A program made the translations under genes and the position numbers. From Acidobacteriota bacterium (GTDB lineage: Bacteria; Acidobacteriota; JAAYUB01): 64,000 bases of DNA. The DNA is taken from contig JAFGRT010000122.1 in the NCBI GenBank assembly GCA_016935015.1, positions 76,310 to 140,309 on the forward strand. The letters are read 5' to 3'. This document shows positions 45,939 to 54,758 of the stretch, one piece after another (position 1 is the stretch's first letter; each line of letters opens with the position of its first letter). Under the pieces are notes generated by a model. It searched no databases and was not told where the DNA came from. It was given only the letters and a program-made list of their open reading frames with translations.

Positions 45939-47712
45939 CCCCTGCCCCCTTCGCTAACGTCAAATGGATGCGTATTTTCGACGACAGAACCTGATCGTCA
46001 GCCAACGTAGCACAACCGAGCCCAAAACACCAGCGGCAGGTTGGAGGAAATGACCCGTTCCAAATTTGGTGTTGGATTTCCATGATACCATCGTTGTCGC
46101 TAACGTCGTCGTCATGGTGATCGACAAAATCGCTGTCGTGGTCGTGATTGTAATCGATTCTTCGAAGTGGCCCGATCCTCACGGACAGTCTTCGGAATAA
46201 TTAAGATTCCGAAATATCCATTGTCCTGATCGTCTACGCAGAAGGATGTAAGGAAGAGTGTGTTCTCTGTGATTACCCTTCATATTCTATTGAACGGAAG
46301 ACGTTTATCGAGTGCGGCGCGGGGAGAGCCTGCGGCGCCGCCACCGGCTACTGGCCCGCAACCCTTACCCGGGGTGGGAGGCAAAGAGCATGGAAAAGTT
46401 CTCTCTTCATCCATCATCCATGGCTTGCCGAAAGAGCATTGTCGATCGTCAGTAATTTATCGAAAAGATCGATTACGATAACAAATACGACAACGAAAGC
46501 GATCAGGAAAGGAGTAGCCAAACGCGATCATGGACAAGAATTTTTCACTTATATTTCAACATGTTTGCCAGGTCCGACCCCGAAACAACTGGCACGATGG
46601 TAGTTCAAGCTTCCAGCTTGAGTGTGGTTGCAAGCAGGATGCTTGCGCTACACCCTAATTTTTGGAGGGCCTTTCAGGCCTCGGGTTCTATCGGAGGGAT
46701 CGTATTTTCGTGGGCTCACGTTGTTCGCCCACGGCTACCATCGGGTTGGCCCTTCGGGCCTCCAGAAGGGGGGAGTCCCGGGGAAAGTGAATACGGGCAG
46801 GCGGCGGGTCGAGAGGTTCGACTACGATTACGACAACGACAGCGAGCCTGACAAGGGCGGCCAGGGGCGATCAGGGCCAAGAGTCATTTCGCTGTCGTTG
46901 TCGTGATCGTCAGCGTGATCGATTCATAGCGGGATATGATCCTCACGTAATTTGTTCGAAATAAATATTTTCCGTTATCCTCCATAGCGGTGGATGGCTC
47001 TGCTGATTCTGCCGGGTCCGTAAAGAAAATTGTCCTGCCGCCCCTGCCCGGGGCGGCAATTTCCTTACGACGTCCTTTCCGGTGGCCGTGCCTCCGGCGC
47101 CGCCACCGGCTACTGGCCCCCCACCCCTGCCCGGGGTGGAAATCAAAGAGCATGGAAAAAACATCATTCCATGCATCATCAAGTCTGTGCTGAAAGATCG
47201 TTGTCGATCATAAGCCTTTCGTCGAGGGGGATCGACTACAATTACGACGACGACAACGACAGCGATTAAGACAACAGCAGCGCGGAGGTCTCAATCAGGG
47301 GCGAGAGTTTTTCGTTGTCACCATTTATTACCGTGAATTATATCCCTGATGGTCTTTGGGTTCGTTACCGATCCCGATAGTGTTGGCACTTTTCTCGACT
47401 ACTCTATCGACTACCATTACGACAACAATAACAACAGCGATCGGGACAGAGGCGGCCAGGACTACACTGTTGGAATCGATGGGGCAAACGAGTCGATTAC
47501 GACGACGACAACAAGAGTTTGCAGATGCAGGCTGTGCGGGAGAGGATGCGAGATCTCCGGTTCCCCTTCTTTTGCTGGCCGGCAGATTGTCTCGGTCGGC
47601 CGCCCGGGCCGGATCAATCCGGGATTGGATTTGACTCGGAGCGAGAAATATGTAACATTGATCGCGAGGCGTCATCTTAAACGCGCAGAGCGATACACCA
47701 AGGGGTTGAACC
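45939..47712. repeat. Repeat-rich ~1.8-kb region. It holds at least 7 degenerate copies, on both strands, of a 30-40-bp (NAC)n motif (atcgaYtacNaYtacgacaacgacagcga). It also holds two paralogous ~180-bp units, each with a GC-rich palindromic box and a tiny MEK... ORF.
   Basis: Motif copies at 46094-46158 (-), 46468-46506, 46817-46846, 46888-46923 (-), 47231-47267, 47406-47441 and 47492-47518. Paralogous units at ~46330-46510 and ~47090-47270. Confidence 0.7.
47030..47269 (+). other. Candidate small ORF ending in IDYNYDDDNDSD (the most intact member of the DY-motif family); coding status unproven
   Basis: Track ORF 47030..47269. An internal ATG would give the 32-aa peptide MHHQVCAERSLSIISLSSRGIDYNYDDDNDSD. 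The paralogous unit at 46330-46510 is frameshifted. Confidence 0.2.
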
Positions 47713-48237
47713 ATGCGGAGGATAGCGATTGCCGGCTCACTGATCCTGCTGCTCCTGGCCGCACCGGCCGCGGCGGCGCCGGCCAAGAAGGTGGTCAAGG
47801 GCGACAAGAAGGAGTTGCGGGGGGTCACCCGCATCTACGTCCAGGCCAATGACAAGGAGTATCGCCGCATCATCGAGACGTACATCATGGAGGAGCTGCG
47901 GGGGATGTCCATCGTTTCCCTCATGTCCGAGGCCGATGCGGTGCTGACGTTCACCTACGAGAATCCGGAACGGAAGAAATCCACCCAGTTCAAGTACAAG
48001 GGGCACAATCCGCGGAAAATGCGGGTGGAGGAGTACGATTACGACAATTTCATCATGCAGGGCCGGGGGGAGATCTTCAAGGTCACGGGGTATGCCCCGG
48101 ACTCCCAGAAAGTGACGCTGCGCCTGCTGGCGGAATGGGAGAGCGGCAAGATCAACCTGGCCGAGGTGACGGACCTGCAGATCGCGCCCCTCGACTTCGC
48201 CAGGGAATTTGTCAAGCTGTGGCGCAAATACAACTAG
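47713..48237 (+). CDS. Hypothetical secreted protein (signal peptide) containing an EEYDYDN motif
   Basis: ATG with an AAGGGG ribosome-binding site. Signal peptide MRRIAIAGSLILLLLAAPAAAAPA. 174 aa. Confidence 0.6.
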   Translation: MRRIAIAGSLILLLLAAPAAAAPAKKVVKGDKKELRGVTRIYVQANDKEYRRIIETYIMEELRGMSIVSLMSEADAVLTFTYENPERKKSTQFKYKGHNPRKMRVEEYDYDNFIMQGRGEIFKVTGYAPDSQKVTLRLLAEWESGKINLAEVTDLQIAPLDFAREFVKLWRKYN

Positions 48238-48252
48238 CGGCGGCGCTGGCCG

Positions 48253-49329
48253 TCATTTCTCCCGATAATTCGGATCGTTGCGGTTGACGATCTGCAACCG
48301 CCGCCACGACGGATCGTCGTCGATGGGCAGCGGCCCTTCCACATCCGTCAGGAAATAATTCCCCTGCCCGTCCGTATAGGCTTTCTCATACATGGGCAGC
48401 CAGGTCTGTCGTCCCGTCTGGGGATCCAGGGCCTCCATCTGCCCGGTGAGGACCTTGTGCACTTCCGTCTGGATATCGCTGCGCGTCTGGCTGCGTTGCC
48501 GCTCCATCTGGCGATCGGCCTCGTTGAGTTGCCGGATGATCTCGTTGTACTGCTGGCCGCGCTGGGCCGAGGCCGCCGCGGCGCGCACCACCCACTGCGG
48601 GTCCAGCCGGAAGGTGCGCAGGCAGAGGTCCATGACCCGGGCGTCCTGGCGCCAGCGCCGGGTGGGGGCCACCCAGCCGAAAGTGCCGACGGTGGACCAG
48701 ATGTTCCCCCCCAGGTTGTACAGGATGGCGTAGATGCGACCGACGCGGGGTGTGCCCGCGATGGTGCACTCGAAATTCACGTAACCGCACTGGGAATGGG
48801 TGGCCACTGCAGGCACAAAGGGCCGCAACTCGGGCGATTCCACCGCCGGGCCGATGATGCGCGGATTCTGGAACTCCTGGGCGGACAGGGCGCCGAAAAT
48901 GACGGTTTGCACGTACTGGGGGATGGTCATGTAGGGGTACTGCCAGCAGCCGTTGAGGACACTGCCATACTGCACCCCCAGCCCCATGCCGGCGCCGGGA
49001 TGGGAGCGCGGATCCTGGAAGTAGAATCGGGGGTACCAGCCAAAAAAGGACTGCCCGTCGGGGCTGGTAACCCGAAAGCGGATGTTGGACTCCACCAGGT
49101 CCACCACGTTCCCGGGCACGCCGCTGCCCACCATGCCGCCTTCGGCCCGCCAGCCACGGGGAATCAGCAGGGTGAAAGCGCCCTGGTACGCCTCGCGGTG
49201 CAGGGTGAGATACGTACCCGGCCCATCCCGCCCAGCCTGGGCCAGGGAAAATCCGCCCATCATGGCCAGCGACATGAGGGCGGCGGCCGCCCGTCGTCGG
49301 ACTGACTGATTCCAGCAACGTTTAGTCAT
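48253..49329 (-). CDS. Hypothetical secreted protein (possible Tat-type signal, RRRAAAAL)
   Basis: Trimmed to the ATG at 49329, preceded by AAGGGAGAG. The n-region carries RRR, followed by a hydrophobic core and AQA. Confidence 0.5.
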   Translation of the reverse strand: MTKRCWNQSVRRRAAAALMSLAMMGGFSLAQAGRDGPGTYLTLHREAYQGAFTLLIPRGWRAEGGMVGSGVPGNVVDLVESNIRFRVTSPDGQSFFGWYPRFYFQDPRSHPGAGMGLGVQYGSVLNGCWQYPYMTIPQYVQTVIFGALSAQEFQNPRIIGPAVESPELRPFVPAVATHSQCGYVNFECTIAGTPRVGRIYAILYNLGGNIWSTVGTFGWVAPTRRWRQDARVMDLCLRTFRLDPQWVVRAAAASAQRGQQYNEIIRQLNEADRQMERQRSQTRSDIQTEVHKVLTGQMEALDPQTGRQTWLPMYEKAYTDGQGNYFLTDVEGPLPIDDDPSWRRLQIVNRNDPNYREK

Positions 49330-49374
49330 CAATGCTTTCTCTCCCTTCACGAGCGTTCAGCCTCCACGACACGC

Positions 49375-50166
49375 CTACATCAGCCCCTGGTACATGCCGC
49401 CGTCGATGAGGAGGGTGGTGCCGGTGATGTAGGCCGCCGGTTCCGAAGCCAGGAAGGCCACCAGTGCCCCGAATTCATCAGGCCGGCCGATGCGCCGTGC
49501 CGGAATGGCGCTCTCCAGGTCAGTGCGCACCTCATCCACCAACCGGTTTTCCCGCTGCGCCCGGTCGGCCAGCAGCTGTTCCACCCGTTCCGTCATGATG
49601 TAGCCCGGGGCGATGGTGTTGGCGGTGATGTTCTCGGCGGCCACCTGGCTGGACAGGGTTTTGATGTACGCCACCACGCCGGCCCGGGACACGTTGGACA
49701 GGGCCAGTTGGGGCAGCGGCTGTTTCACGGAGATGGACGCGGAGGCGATAATCCGACCCCAGCGTTGTCGCCTCATGGCCGGCAGAAAAACGTTCACCAG
49801 CCGGATGGTGCTGAGCAGATTGAGCTCCACGGCGGTGGCATAGTCGTCGGCGCCGAAATCCAGCACCGATCCGGGCGGCGGCCCGCCGGCGTTAGCGAAC
49901 AAGATGTGGGCCGTGCCGCAGTGATCCAGGACCGTTGCGGCGAACCGGGCCACGGCCGCCGGGTTCGTGACGTCGCATTCCAGGGCCAGGACGTCACTAC
50001 CCGTCGCATCCCGGATGGCCTCGGCCGCGGCGGTGATAGCCTCCCGGTCGCGGGAACAGATGGCCACACGGGCGCCTTCGGCGGCCAGGGCTTCGGCTAC
50101 GGCCCGACCCAATCCGCGGCTGGCCGCGGTCACCACGGCCACTTTTCCCTCAATCTGCAGATTCAT
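49375..50166 (-). CDS. Short-chain dehydrogenase/reductase (SDR) family oxidoreductase
   Basis: TAASRGLG cofactor motif plus the catalytic S...YxxxK. AGGAGAGG ribosome-binding site. Confidence 0.85.
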   Translation of the reverse strand: MNLQIEGKVAVVTAASRGLGRAVAEALAAEGARVAICSRDREAITAAAEAIRDATGSDVLALECDVTNPAAVARFAATVLDHCGTAHILFANAGGPPPGSVLDFGADDYATAVELNLLSTIRLVNVFLPAMRRQRWGRIIASASISVKQPLPQLALSNVSRAGVVAYIKTLSSQVAAENITANTIAPGYIMTERVEQLLADRAQRENRLVDEVRTDLESAIPARRIGRPDEFGALVAFLASEPAAYITGTTLLIDGGMYQGLM

Positions 50167-50250
50167 GTCCTCTCCTGATGGCCCACCGGCGCAAGCACCG
50201 AGGTAGACGATCTTTCTCCAGCAGGCAACCTCTGCAGCGCCGGCTTGGCA

Positions 50251-51459
50251 TTACAGCAATCCGGCCAGCCGGGACACTCCCTCCCGAATCAGCTTTTCGT
50301 CGGAATAGGAGAAATTCAGGCGCAGTTCGTTGGTGCGAACGATGCCGGCCGGATAGAACTTGCTGCCGGGAATGAAAGCCACCTTGTGCTGGATGGCCCG
50401 CTCGAAAAGGTCATCGGCGTTGATTTCCGGCGGCAGGGTTACCCAGACGAACATGCCGCCTTCGGGTTGGGTCCACGTCACGCCGTCCGGCATGCAGTCG
50501 GCCAAGGCGTTCAGCATGGCGTCCCGCCTCGGCCGGTACAGATCGATAATCCAGTCGATATGCCGCCGCATATGGCCGGCCTCGATGAAACGGGCCGCCA
50601 CGCGCTGGGTGGCGCAATCGGGGCTGACAGTGGTTTTTTGGGCCCACTTGACCATGGGGCCGATCATCTCCGGCGGCCCCGCCGCGAAACCCAATCGCAG
50701 GCCCGGCCCGAGAATTTTGGAAAAGGATTTGGCAATGGTCACCAGCTGGGGATCGTCAAATTCCGTCCGGGCCAGCTCCCATAAGGTCAGGATCCGTTCC
50801 CCGCTGTAGCGCAATTCGCGGTACGGCTGATCCTCCAGGATGGGAATGCCGAATTCGGCGGCGATGGCGATGATTTCCCGTCGTCGGTTCAAGTCCATGG
50901 TCCGGCCACTGGGATTCTGGAACTCGGGGATGACGTAGATGAATTTCACGGCCGCTTTCCGGTCGTGCAGTCCGCGCAGAGTGTCGCGCAGCTGGTCCGG
51001 AATCATTCCCAGCTCGTCCATCTCGATCCCGGCCAGGCGCGCGCCACAGCTCTCCATGGCCGTAACGGAGCCGGGAAACCCCGGCGCTTCGCAGACGATG
51101 GTATCACCCGGATCGATGAGGGTGCGGGTGAAATAGTAGATCCCGTTGGTGGAGCCAACGGTGATCATGATCTCCTCATCCGAAAGATAGGGCACTTCCT
51201 CAAATGCTTTCAGCGCCTGCTTGAAGAACCGGTCGCCGTCGCTGGCGCCATATTGCAGAACATCCGCCCCCTCCTCGAGGATGACCTGGCTGAACAACCG
51301 GGCCAGCAATTCGCGGGGGAATGAATCGGGACTGGGCAGTCCGCCGGCGAAGGAAATCATCCCTGGTACGCCCTTGGTCACCTTGAGAATCTCTCGGATA
51401 AAAGAGTGTTTCATGATCGCCGTGTGCTGCGAGTAGAGCCTCTCGATGGGTTGCTTCAA
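50251..51459 (-). CDS. PLP-dependent aminotransferase, class I/II
   Basis: 402 aa of fold-type I aminotransferase length and pattern, including the SFSK lysine region (KSFSKILGPGLRLG). TTG start behind GGGAGG. Confidence 0.75.
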   Translation of the reverse strand: MKQPIERLYSQHTAIMKHSFIREILKVTKGVPGMISFAGGLPSPDSFPRELLARLFSQVILEEGADVLQYGASDGDRFFKQALKAFEEVPYLSDEEIMITVGSTNGIYYFTRTLIDPGDTIVCEAPGFPGSVTAMESCGARLAGIEMDELGMIPDQLRDTLRGLHDRKAAVKFIYVIPEFQNPSGRTMDLNRRREIIAIAAEFGIPILEDQPYRELRYSGERILTLWELARTEFDDPQLVTIAKSFSKILGPGLRLGFAAGPPEMIGPMVKWAQKTTVSPDCATQRVAARFIEAGHMRRHIDWIIDLYRPRRDAMLNALADCMPDGVTWTQPEGGMFVWVTLPPEINADDLFERAIQHKVAFIPGSKFYPAGIVRTNELRLNFSYSDEKLIREGVSRLAGLL

Positions 51460-51626
51460 GAATTCCTCCCTGATGGACAGATGGTAAGGAGATCAGGCCC
51501 TCAAGTATACCTGGAGCGAGAACCGAATTCAATCTTCTTGGTCATGCGGCCGGTATCCATTTCTTGCGTTCACCGATCCCAACCTGTACAATTTGACCGA
51601 CAGCGAAACCAGGGGCCCCTCGCACG

Positions 51627-52079
51627 GTGATGAGGACTGATTTGCAAAACAACGGCCTTGACCGAATCAATGCCACTGACAACCATACCGAGAAATCGGC
51701 CTTCCGCTGGTCGCCGGTGTTGCTCTCCGCCCTGGTCTGCCCCGGCCTGGGACAGTGGGTCCAGCGGCGTCGGTGGTTGGGCCTGCTGCAGATGGTCCTG
51801 GCCGTCGGGCTCGTGATCAGCTTTCTGGCCGTGGTATTCATGGACATCCTGGCTCTGATCCCCGAGTGCCCGCCCCTGGATCCGGCCGAGCTCATCGCCC
51901 TTTCCTTCGAGATTTCAGCGACCGTAACCTATCAGAACGGCGCCGCCTACGGGCTGGTCCTCATTCTGTTGATGGTCGTCTATCTGTACTCCGTTCTGGA
52001 CGCATTCGTCTATCAGCGCCGGGCCGCTGTCGCGCCGGCGCAGCACCCGCGCGAGACGGGCGGCGACCGACGGTTGTGA
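51627..52079 (+). CDS. Hypothetical small membrane protein (3 TM)
   Basis: 150-aa ORF with three hydrophobic helices. No family recognised. Confidence 0.35.
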   Translation: MMRTDLQNNGLDRINATDNHTEKSAFRWSPVLLSALVCPGLGQWVQRRRWLGLLQMVLAVGLVISFLAVVFMDILALIPECPPLDPAELIALSFEISATVTYQNGAAYGLVLILLMVVYLYSVLDAFVYQRRAAVAPAQHPRETGGDRRL

Positions 52080-52180
52080 TTTCAGTTCAAATCGCCGTTG
52101 AAATATACTACAATAGTTATTCAGGCGAACGATCCCCGTTCAGGAGCTCTTGGGAAACAGAATCTGTCGGTTACTGGCAC

Positions 52181-54745
52181 ATGGATGTACGTTCCATTAC
52201 CCGTTATCTGAAAAGGCAGCTTAAACCCGCCGGCGCGCAATGGTTTGTGGTGTATGAACGGTTGCTGGGATCCACGCTTTTCTACCCCCTGTTCGATCTC
52301 CACCTGGCCCGTCATGCGCCCGATCCCGACTTCGCGGTCGTCGATGACGTTTTCCTCCGCCGCTTGACCACGACGGGCCGCATCCGGAAATCCGTTTCGA
52401 CCCATCACTCGGCAGCCACCGGCCAGACCATCGTCTTCTATAGCCCGGATTTCGTTCATTCCGCCCTGCAGCAGGATTACCGCATCGTCTTCGGCACCTC
52501 GAACCGGGACCGGAGCCTGCAGCCCCAGCAGATTCGACCGCTCTTGCCACGCCTGGAATCTTGTCTCCTGCCGCTCATCCGGAACACCCACTCCCGCTTC
52601 CGGCGCATTTGCCGGCCCTGGGTCCAGGAGATCCGCCAAGCGTACTTCAAGGATCTGTCCTATCGCGACGCACTGACCCGCGCACTGGAACTGGTCGCGG
52701 GGGTCTGCGGCTCATGCGCGGGACGGATCCTGCTCCGCTCCAATATGTCACACACCACCACCTATGTGTCCGCCGACCAGGACCGATCCATCGACTCAGA
52801 ACAGGTGCACCGGATCTTCCGCGTGCTGCTGGACAACGGCGGCCCGGTCCGGATTCCGGAGAGCGTCTTGGCCCGACAGGACCTGCCTGGTTTTCGCGGA
52901 CTTTTTTTCCACCTCGAGGACGAAAATTTCTCCGCCGCCATCCTCCTCCTTTTTGACAGCCAGGCTAACGGCCACGGTGATATCTTCGGTATCCTTCGCG
53001 AAATGGTGCTGCAAGTCAGCCATTTTCTGGCCGAAACCTCACCCCTCAATGCCAAATTGCGCGACTCCTTCATAAACCGTGATTTGCAGAACGCGGTCAT
53101 GGGCCTGCTTCCCTTGCTCGAACGGGATGAATTCATCCATTCCCTGCCCTGTATGATTCGTGAATATCTGCGTGTCGGCTATGTCGCTTTTTATCTTCCG
53201 GAAAGCGAAGGTTTCAACTGGCGGCGGCATCAGCATGACGGAGAGATTCAGCCCACATCGACGGGGCAACTGCGTGAGGCCCATTCCAATTGTCTTCTCA
53301 TGCAGTGCGTCCACAGCGGGAAAACCATTCTAAAAACGGTGCTCAGCGGCAAGGAGAAATCCCAGGTCCTGGACTCGCCATCCATTGCCTCCGTCCTGTA
53401 TTATCCCTTGCAGGAGAAGGGCGAAGTCGTGGCGCTACTCAAAATCGCCGATCATACGCCCTCGGCCATCACATTCGCCCATCTGCATCGGCTGCGCATG
53501 CTCGAACCCTATCTGATCACCGCTCTGGAAAACATCAGCCGCTATCACATCCTGCTGCAAATGGTCTTCCGGGATTCAGAGACCGGTTTGCTTAATCGCC
53601 GCGGCTTCGAAGAACAGATCGCCCGGCAGCTGGACGTGGGCAAAACCCGCGGCCGGCACTTCGCCATCATGTTCATCGGCCTCGATCGATCCGAAAGCCA
53701 TTTTCATTCGCCCTCCCTCATGTCGCGGCGACGCCTTCTGCTTGCCCATTCGCAATGGCTGCAGGTCAAATTACCTCCGACGACCATCATCGGATTTGAC
53801 GGAGAAAGCACCTTCCAGGCCCTGATAACGGAGATGGACCTCAACGAAGCACTGAAACTCGCCCGGAACATCTGCTGGGAACGCAAGATGCTGCATGCCG
53901 AAGAAAATGAAACGGTTACATATTCTATCGGCGTCTCTTCATTCCCTCTCAACGGCACCAATGTCGAAGCCTTGTCCCTGGCAGCCGAGCAGGCACTGAT
54001 GATCAGCCGCTACCAGGGCGGCGATACCGCTTCCATCATGGGCAGCGAAATTCTCAAGAAGCTGTCGCTGGAAATTCTGTCGGGACTGCTGGGCCGGCGG
54101 ACGTTCAAAACGGGCCCTGAGCTGTTGGACGGGGTGATGGAAAAGATCTCCATTCGGGATCAGGACCAGAACGGCCTGACCGTTTTCGAGGTCATCAATT
54201 CCCTGGTCACGGCCGTCGACGCCAAGGACCACTATACCGGCAACCATTCATCGGAGAGCAGCATTTTTTCCGTGGCCCTGGCCAAGCGGCTGGGTCTCGA
54301 TGAACAAGCCGTGGAACGGCTGCGTATCGCCTCCAAGCTCCATGACGTCGGCAAGATCGGAATCCCGGAATACATCCTCTGCAAGCAGGAGAAACTCAGT
54401 ATCGATGAAATGGAGGTCATGAAACGGCATTCCGAAATCGGCGCGCGCATCATCCGGCCCATCTCCTCCCTGCGCCATATCGCCGACATCATCGAACACC
54501 ACCATGAGCGCTGGGACGGGACCGGTTACCCCAATAACCTCAGGGGCGAGGAAATCCCACTGGAATCGCGGATCCTGGCGGTGGTGGACGCCTTTCACGC
54601 CATGATCAGTGATCGTCCGTACCGTAATGCCATGTCACGGGAGACAGCCCTTGAAGAAATTGCCCGGGAGGCGGGGCACCAGTTCGATCCCTATATTTCG
54701 CGCCAGTTTGTGGATTTGATGCACGAGCGGAAGACGGCCCTGTAA
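52181..54745 (+). CDS. Multidomain c-di-GMP signalling protein: GAF domains, a degenerate GGDEF, and an HD-GYP phosphodiesterase
   Basis: Intact HD-GYP signature (HDVGKIGIPE ... HHERWDGTGYP). The GGDEF region reads IGFDGESTF instead of GG(D/E)EF. Trimmed from the 996-aa run-on ORF to the ATG at 52181. Confidence 0.7.
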   Translation: MDVRSITRYLKRQLKPAGAQWFVVYERLLGSTLFYPLFDLHLARHAPDPDFAVVDDVFLRRLTTTGRIRKSVSTHHSAATGQTIVFYSPDFVHSALQQDYRIVFGTSNRDRSLQPQQIRPLLPRLESCLLPLIRNTHSRFRRICRPWVQEIRQAYFKDLSYRDALTRALELVAGVCGSCAGRILLRSNMSHTTTYVSADQDRSIDSEQVHRIFRVLLDNGGPVRIPESVLARQDLPGFRGLFFHLEDENFSAAILLLFDSQANGHGDIFGILREMVLQVSHFLAETSPLNAKLRDSFINRDLQNAVMGLLPLLERDEFIHSLPCMIREYLRVGYVAFYLPESEGFNWRRHQHDGEIQPTSTGQLREAHSNCLLMQCVHSGKTILKTVLSGKEKSQVLDSPSIASVLYYPLQEKGEVVALLKIADHTPSAITFAHLHRLRMLEPYLITALENISRYHILLQMVFRDSETGLLNRRGFEEQIARQLDVGKTRGRHFAIMFIGLDRSESHFHSPSLMSRRRLLLAHSQWLQVKLPPTTIIGFDGESTFQALITEMDLNEALKLARNICWERKMLHAEENETVTYSIGVSSFPLNGTNVEALSLAAEQALMISRYQGGDTASIMGSEILKKLSLEILSGLLGRRTFKTGPELLDGVMEKISIRDQDQNGLTVFEVINSLVTAVDAKDHYTGNHSSESSIFSVALAKRLGLDEQAVERLRIASKLHDVGKIGIPEYILCKQEKLSIDEMEVMKRHSEIGARIIRPISSLRHIADIIEHHHERWDGTGYPNNLRGEEIPLESRILAVVDAFHAMISDRPYRNAMSRETALEEIAREAGHQFDPYISRQFVDLMHERKTAL

Positions 54746-54758
54746 CTCCCCGGCAGCC

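Noticed and set aside
45742-46182. 146-aa minus-strand ORF beginning MRIGPLRRIDYNHDHDSD
   Set aside because: It reads through the start of the 681-aa membrane-protein gene in a different frame. Only the DY-motif portion (46094-46158) is of interest, and it is treated under the repeat-island finding.
45939-47712. Diversity-generating retroelement (template repeat / variable repeat) as an explanation for the N/D/H/Y first-position codon variation
   Set aside because: The copies differ in flanks and carry indels, so they are not near-identical TR/VR pairs. No reverse transcriptase or Avd gene is present in the window.
45939-47712. CRISPR array
   Set aside because: The repeats are degenerate, occur on both strands, and are irregularly spaced (tens to hundreds of bp). 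There are no cas genes and no identical direct repeats.
51755-52180. N-terminal 142 aa of track ORF 51755..54745 (996 aa)
   Set aside because: This stretch is Arg/Gly/Pro-rich GC-frame read-through that overlaps the small membrane-protein ORF in another frame. Recognisable domains begin only after the ATG at 52181.
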